A stretch of 64,000 bases of DNA from Octopus vulgaris (lineage: Eukaryota). The position numbers were made by a program, and so were the translations under genes. The notes below the pieces were generated by a model. That model searched no databases. It was not told the origin of the DNA and saw nothing but the letters and a program-made list of their open reading frames with translations. The stretch lies in assembly GCA_951406725.2 (NCBI GenBank), contig OX597818.1, positions 96,472,001-96,536,000 of the forward strand, read 5' to 3'. Of the stretch, positions 57,927 to 64,000 are shown in pieces (the first letter of the stretch is position 1; the number at the start of each line of letters is the position of its first letter).

Positions 57927-60900
57927 GTATGTATGTACGTATGTACGCATGTATGAGTTTGTGTGCATGTGTGTATTAATATACTTATTACTAGGAATAG
58001 AAATTCTAAGGAAAATGAATGACAAAATGGTGGAGACAAAAAATACAAAGAAAAAAACCTGCAACAGGTAAAGACTTTTAATGATGATTGAATAGTTTAA
58101 TCGAACGAGGGGGAAACCGAGACTTATAGCAATTTGCAAAATCTGAAATCTGAATATACATAGAAATGTAGTAGGCTTCATAAATATACTTAACATAAAA
58201 GTATGCTATTTTTATCTTTATCGTAGGACATTCCTTTCTACAGATAGTATTGTTTATTGTTTTAAAGACTGTCATCGGAAAATGGCGATTTGGTGACATT
58301 TTGGAGCAGCTGCTATTCACACGTGTAATATGATCAGCAGATATGTATCCTAATCGACATATTTAGTCACATTTCGGCTGTTCGTGTATTTTATTGTCTC
58401 TTTTATTCAACAACGATTTAGTAGATACCATTTGCTTATGCTTTGTGAAGGCATAACCTTCGAAGTATAACGTCGTGTAATAGCGGTGAGTCTAAGGAAA
58501 GCTATACTCCAGTAGATATTAGTATCCGTCTAAAATTTCCATAAAACAAAAACAGCATACCCATGAATAACCTTTTGATGGTAAGGAGAATATTTCTCCT
58601 TCGTGTCTTTATCACAGTAAGTTCATCCAGTAGTTATTGGAACATCATCAATAGCTCATTACTTTCCGGGTTGTTCACTTCTAACTAATAACACGTATTT
58701 TATCTTTCATTCTTATTTATTTGAGTTGTTTTCATAATGACGAGTTAGAGTTTAGATAACAAAAACTGAAAATTTACACGCTAAACTTTAGAAAAATCTT
58801 GTGTACTTTTACTATTTCCCTTACAACATATATCTGAAAAGAGCATATTAGCTGATCATTTTTATTTATCTCGGCAAAACCCCCCACCCTTTTGAAGTTG
58901 GCATTTAGATATTTACTAACATAGACAACTGTAGCTGTAATAATACATGTACATATAAGTTTATATTCTACGGAGAAGTGTAAGTCTCGAGTCAGGTCCT
59001 CATAATTGTGTTTCTTCTCGCAGATTTTGAAAGGAACGCTAACATCTGCAAGGCAACTATCCTTTATAACTGTCCATAACCTTTTCTTTTGCTCCTAACT
59101 GTCAGTTATGTTTACATTTAGCGTACGCTTTTATGGTACAGATTCACCAATATTTCATGCGTTGAACTGAACAACAAAATATTTTTAAATATTTTTGTCA
59201 GTACAATCTTTCTTCCTGAGAGTTTGGTATAATGTTTTAGCAAGGACATCATACATCACCGGAAAATAGTGTCATACTTACCTTTTTCGAACAACTATTT
59301 ATGAAATATGTAACATATCCATATTTGTGACATAACCAGAATTTTTGATCGTGTCTCGGAGGTTTAAGATCTTCACGGTATATTGTTCATTTTATATTTT
59401 GTAGCTATCTCCATCTCACCAAAAGCATAACCATCAAAACGTGACGTAATGTAACGACCATGAGTCCAAGAGAAATTGTTAGAGATATCAGCATTTCCCC
59501 TTTAGTAAGCAAACATCTTTTGGTAATTGCAAGTCAGCTCCTTTCATCCTGCATTTGTTTATAGCATATATTCCTTGAGGATCTTAATGGCAAACAGACC
59601 TGTTTTCATGCGGCTGTTACACATTCTAACAGCATTTATGTTGAATAACTAATGAAATTCATGGCTGGCCGAGAGATGGGAGGGTAATTTTTTTTTTTTT
59701 TTTGGCAACATCAGTTTTTACAGCAATGTGGTAAGGTGGACCACACCATATAAGTCTTTTTAAACAAGTGTTTTTTTTATGGCAGTTACGGTAGCAAATG
59801 TTAGGTAAAAACTTATTCCATTTTTGATTGCTATTCTATTTCTTGAAGGACACAAATGTGGTATAGAGGACCTTTACTGTCGTCAGGTTCATTTCGACTA
59901 TCACCCTCAATCAAGTTTATTAGATGTTGCAATTATTCTTTATTTGTTGGTGATGGATGAACACCGATTCATTCTTTTTAAATGGTTAAAATATTGCGAT
60001 CTCAACTCCACAAATGTGTATGTGTATGTTTGTGTGTATGTATGCATGTATTCCTTTGTTCGTATGTGCGTGTATAAGCATAAATAGAATTAGTCGGTGA
60101 AAGTAAGGCATTTTTCAGAATTTATTATTGAACAAATCAAACACGTTTCCGACTTATTTAGAAACAATCCTTTATGCAGTCTATAGAATCTTCAATACAA
60201 AAAAGCAATTTTTTTATTAATACTGTTATGAATAACATACTCACTTTATTACACACAGAATGTCACATTCCTTATCCTATTACAAGCAAATAGACGTAGA
60301 ACAAGCAAGCAACCAATTTCTGTGTTATACAAATAAAACAGTGCCATGTGACTGTCACGTGGTTGAATTGTATTCTCATTATAATTTTAGACATGTTTCA
60401 TAGTCTTACTGATAGTTACTTCGCAAAGTAAGACATTTATATCATAATTTCATTATCAAAAGAACATTATAAATAACATCAATCTCACGTGATTTAATAA
60501 ACCGAATTTTCAAGAATTTTACAGTCTAAGTAATCAGCTCGAGTCTTTGCTCCAAAAGACTGCGCGCACACGCACGCACACATACAAACACACGCACACA
60601 CACACACACATCGCACACGCACGTGTGTGAGTTGTGTGTGTGTGTGTCTTTGTGTTTGGGATTGTTCCCTACAAGCAGTGTCGGTTTGTTTACGTCCCCG
60701 TAACTTAGCAGTTCGGAATAAGAGACCGATCGAATAAGTACTGAGGTCGAATCGTTCGACTAAATCCTTTCAAGTCGGTTCCCTCGCATTACTGCAGTCC
60801 AAAGACTGATGCAAGTAAGAGATAAACGATAAAAGCTAAGAAAGACAGACGCACACGCACGAACTATCTCTCATTCTGTGCATGTGTGCATGTGTGTGTG

Positions 60901-61964
60901 CGCGCTTGCGTGCGTGTGTGTGTCTATGTGAGTGTAACTCGCAACTAAAGTAGCATCAAATTCAAATAGCCATCTGTGAATCATACTTCATGTATATACA
61001 CAATTGACAAGAAAGTGAAGTCGTTGATATAATGTATCTAACTATGGATTATTAATGATTGGGAGGTTTACCGACTTTAAATTTGTTCTTAGCGTGTTAT
61101 CTATTATTAGAGAGGGCGATATACAAGACGGTTTCTTTGATTTGAGCAATCATTCTGTCTTCATGTTGTTGAAATGTATTATATTGTTTTGTTTGCGTTG
61201 GCGGATGTTTTTGAAGTATATTTTCATGAAGTTATTTCAGGTTTGTTGTGAAGTGTGTTGGTTGTATTCTGAATGAGGCATCTGTGCCGAAAGCTGAGAA
61301 ATGAAGAGTAATATATTGAAGAAAAAAGTCAATATTTTTAGGGGAACAGAAAATAACTAAGAGAATAAAGAGTATGAAGCATAAACCGAGCCTTAGAGTA
61401 TATCAAACTTAATTGAATCAGCTAGAACCTCATAGACACATGCTGCGGTTTGACAAAATGTTTCCGATATAAGACATGCAAGAAAGACGAAGATTATATA
61501 GCTTGGAAATTCACGTGTCAGAAATTGCCAAAGTTATGCTAATGTCAAGTATGATGACATGCTTTCGCAGAACAATACAAGACCGTGATATTAACACTAG
61601 TGTGTGATATTGGAGAACAGATCTCGCTCCACGGATGCTGTGGTAATAGCCACTGAAGAGGGAAAGAAATACGAGATGTCGGAGAAGGTAATTTGTAATG
61701 GATATTGTCAACCCCCTACTCGTATATGATGGATGTATGAGCAATAGGTCGATAGATAATAATTTTGCCCTTCTTGGTGATGAAACTCACAGAACGGGAT
61801 ACATTCGTGTACAAAGATTCCCGATGAAAGAGAAAGAATGATTAATTTGTTGAGTGCAAGAGCTAACTCTATAGTGCATCGTTTGCTGGTAATGGACGAT
61901 AGTGACCAGGTAGGTTGTCTTGATGATGCGAAGTGATCGCAAATGTTTTTTTACTTGTCATGTA

Positions 61965-62098
61965 TACTCTTTACTCTCTCTTTTACTCTTTTACTTGTTT
62001 CAGTCATTTGACTGTGGCCATGCTGGAGCACCGCCTTTAATCGAGCAACTCGACCCCGGGACTTATTCTTTTGTAAGCCCAGTACTTATTCTATCGGT
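61965..62098 (-). mobile_element. SINE family C tail fragment
   Basis: Nearly identical to 29745-29845. Confidence 0.85.
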
Positions 62099-62690
62099 AT
62101 ATGTACATGATTGTGAAATTTCGTGGGAGCATTGCTATGTGTATGTATTGTGAGTTGGAAGCGATATGAGCAACAAGTGTGAACGGTTCTTTAGAATTCT
62201 AATGCATACAGCGCCATATTTTGTTAAGCGTTCGTGAAGATAATTCCCCAAAGTTGATAGCGTTATTCTTAGCAAGAAAATACGATGGAGGAAGGCATTA
62301 TTTTCATATTGTACTGTAGTTTTGATGGAGTTGCAGTAGTGAGTAAAAACTTCTCATACAGTATTTTAACTGGTGTGGGAAACTATGCTCTTCACTCGTG
62401 TTGCAACAGTGCACCTCAGTGCAAACTATTTGGAGGATTTTTAGAAATGAGATTTCATTCTGTGAGGAATACGAAAGAACACGTGCATGCGGATGCTTTC
62501 CATCACCTGTTTAGTAGCCTCAGAGTATTTATGTATAAAGCAGCGGGAGATATGATAGTTTGACCAAAAGAACCGGCTATTGAAAGCAAAATTAAATATG
62601 TTTTAAAAAATGAATTTGGCCAAATTTGGACATACGGCAGTTTAACATAATAGCAAAGATATATGTATGTGTGTGTGTGTGTGTGTGTGT

Positions 62691-62733
<43 letters not shown>

Positions 62734-63061
62734 TAAATATAATATGTGACAATTATTCGGTAGCCATGATAAAACTCCGAGTTTCGGATGTCGGGGCGGA
62801 AACCCACGTCGCCATCTCTTCCGTTATCAGGCCATCAAAAAAGTGCTATGAAAATGACCGTTAAACAATTTCCCTGTGTTTAACGGTCATTTTCATAGCA
62901 TAACTGAAGAGATGGTGGCGTGGGTTTCCGCCCCGACATCCGAAACTCGGAGTTTTATCATGGCTACCGAATAATTGTCACATATTATATTTATAGATAA
63001 ATTCCTCTATTCACATAATATCGCGATCTCTTTCATTCTTTTGTTGTCTTACCATTTCTAT

Positions 63062-63063
<2 letters not shown>
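62734..63063 (+). mobile_element. fold-back insert 5: PLE-like end with a hammerhead motif in both arms
   Basis: 62734-62867 is inverted to 62877-62993, with a 17-nt deletion in the right arm; T-rich tail to (TA)n. Confidence 0.85.
62900..62960 (+). ncRNA. type I hammerhead ribozyme motif
   Basis: ATAA-CTGAAGA-GATG..CATC-C-GAAAC-TCGGA-GTT-TTATCA. The inverted copy retains the full stem I TGATAA/TTATCA. Confidence 0.65.
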
Positions 63064-63097
<34 letters not shown>

Positions 63098-63100
<3 letters not shown>

Positions 63101-63460
63101 CAATAATAAATCTCAGAGCGAGTTATAAACAGTAGCTACAACACATCGTGACGTATATTTGCCATTTAAATATGGCTAACCCCTAAGGGTGGATGCTACT
63201 GTAGTTTGTAGCCCCAGGAGGACACCTCCTCCCGCTGGCCATAGACACACTCACACGCCGATGACGGATCAATACACAGAAACTCGAGTCCGTGTGTATC
63301 ATAAGTTGAAGACGGGAAGGATGGCTTCCCTTTGCAAATACTGATAGGGCACAGAAAGTGTGTCTATGGCCAGCTGGAGGAGGTGTCCTCCTGGGGCTAC
63401 AAACTACAGTAGCATCCACCCTTAGGGGTTAGCCATATTTAAATGGCAAATATACGCCAC
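63098..63460 (+). mobile_element. fold-back insert 6: PLE-like end, 104-bp inverted arms with a hammerhead in the spacer
   Basis: 63148-63251 is inverted to 63357-63460; flanked by (TA)n on both sides. Confidence 0.85.
63252..63296 (+). ncRNA. type I hammerhead ribozyme motif (U4>C, weak stem II)
   Basis: CACACG-CCGATGA-CGGATCAATACACA-GAAAC-TCGA-GTC-CGTGTG: 6-bp stem I, palindromic ACTCGAGT stem III, GUC cleavage triplet. Confidence 0.65.
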
Positions 63461-63815
63461 TATATATATATATATATATATATATACACTTTTATCAGAA
63501 TACCTGTTTATATGTAAATCATACAGATGTATAAGATATCTACACATGTATACGACGAATACACACACACACACATGCACGCGCGCGCATGCGTATGTAT
63601 ATGCATGCAAGCTAACTTGTGATACATTTTGCATTTTCCTTTATGTGATATATTTGCAGTCCATTCTTCCTGTTCCTTTAATTTCCATAAACATGACATC
63701 ATAGCAACGACTGCTTGTTTAGTCATCGTACACTCTCGCTGATTAAATATTTCACTTTGATGAACGAAATAGTGCTTTCCAGGTAAATGTATGCCCACTG
63801 GTAACAAAACACACA

Positions 63816-63816
63816 C

Positions 63817-63887
<71 letters not shown>

Positions 63888-63888
63888 G

Positions 63889-63980
<92 letters not shown>

Positions 63981-64000
63981 GATAGATAGATAGATAGATA
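63816..64000. repeat. (GT)n-(TA)n-(GATA)n microsatellite
   Basis: Seen directly in the sequence. Confidence 0.95.

Noticed and set aside
58950-59680. Non-repetitive stretch with a minus-strand AG|GTAAGT donor and faint transposase-like residues
   Set aside because: No sustained open frame or diagnostic motif; I cannot distinguish exon, transposon relic or neutral DNA.
60990-62540. Strand-biased sequence suggestive of an old PLE N-terminal region
   Set aside because: Only a weak ILRLGLCF-type echo; insufficient to call.

Overview
AT-rich, microsatellite-saturated animal genomic DNA. The tRNA-derived SINE families and repeat landscape point to a cephalopod, probably Octopus (inference). No intact multi-exon host gene is evident. 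Candidate last exons of a + strand gene sit at 1-725, and a few weaker exon or promoter candidates occur elsewhere. Almost all ORF-track entries are microsatellite artefacts. The real coding content is dead transposons: a near full-length R4/Dong LINE in (TAA)n, RTE, CR1-like and Tx1/L1 LINE fragments, Penelope-like element (PLE) fragments, a Tc1 with IR/DR ends, and mariner and maT remnants. There are also MITEs, about 35 SINE copies and a 5S rRNA pseudogene. The most notable unexplained structure is a set of six sequence-unrelated fold-back (inverted-repeat) inserts of about 200-450 bp in (TA)n/(TG)n tracts. Several contain recognisable type I hammerhead ribozyme motifs with palindromic stem III, consistent with diverse non-coding PLE-derived or retrozyme-like ribozyme elements. 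All calls were made by eye; coordinates of decayed elements are approximate.
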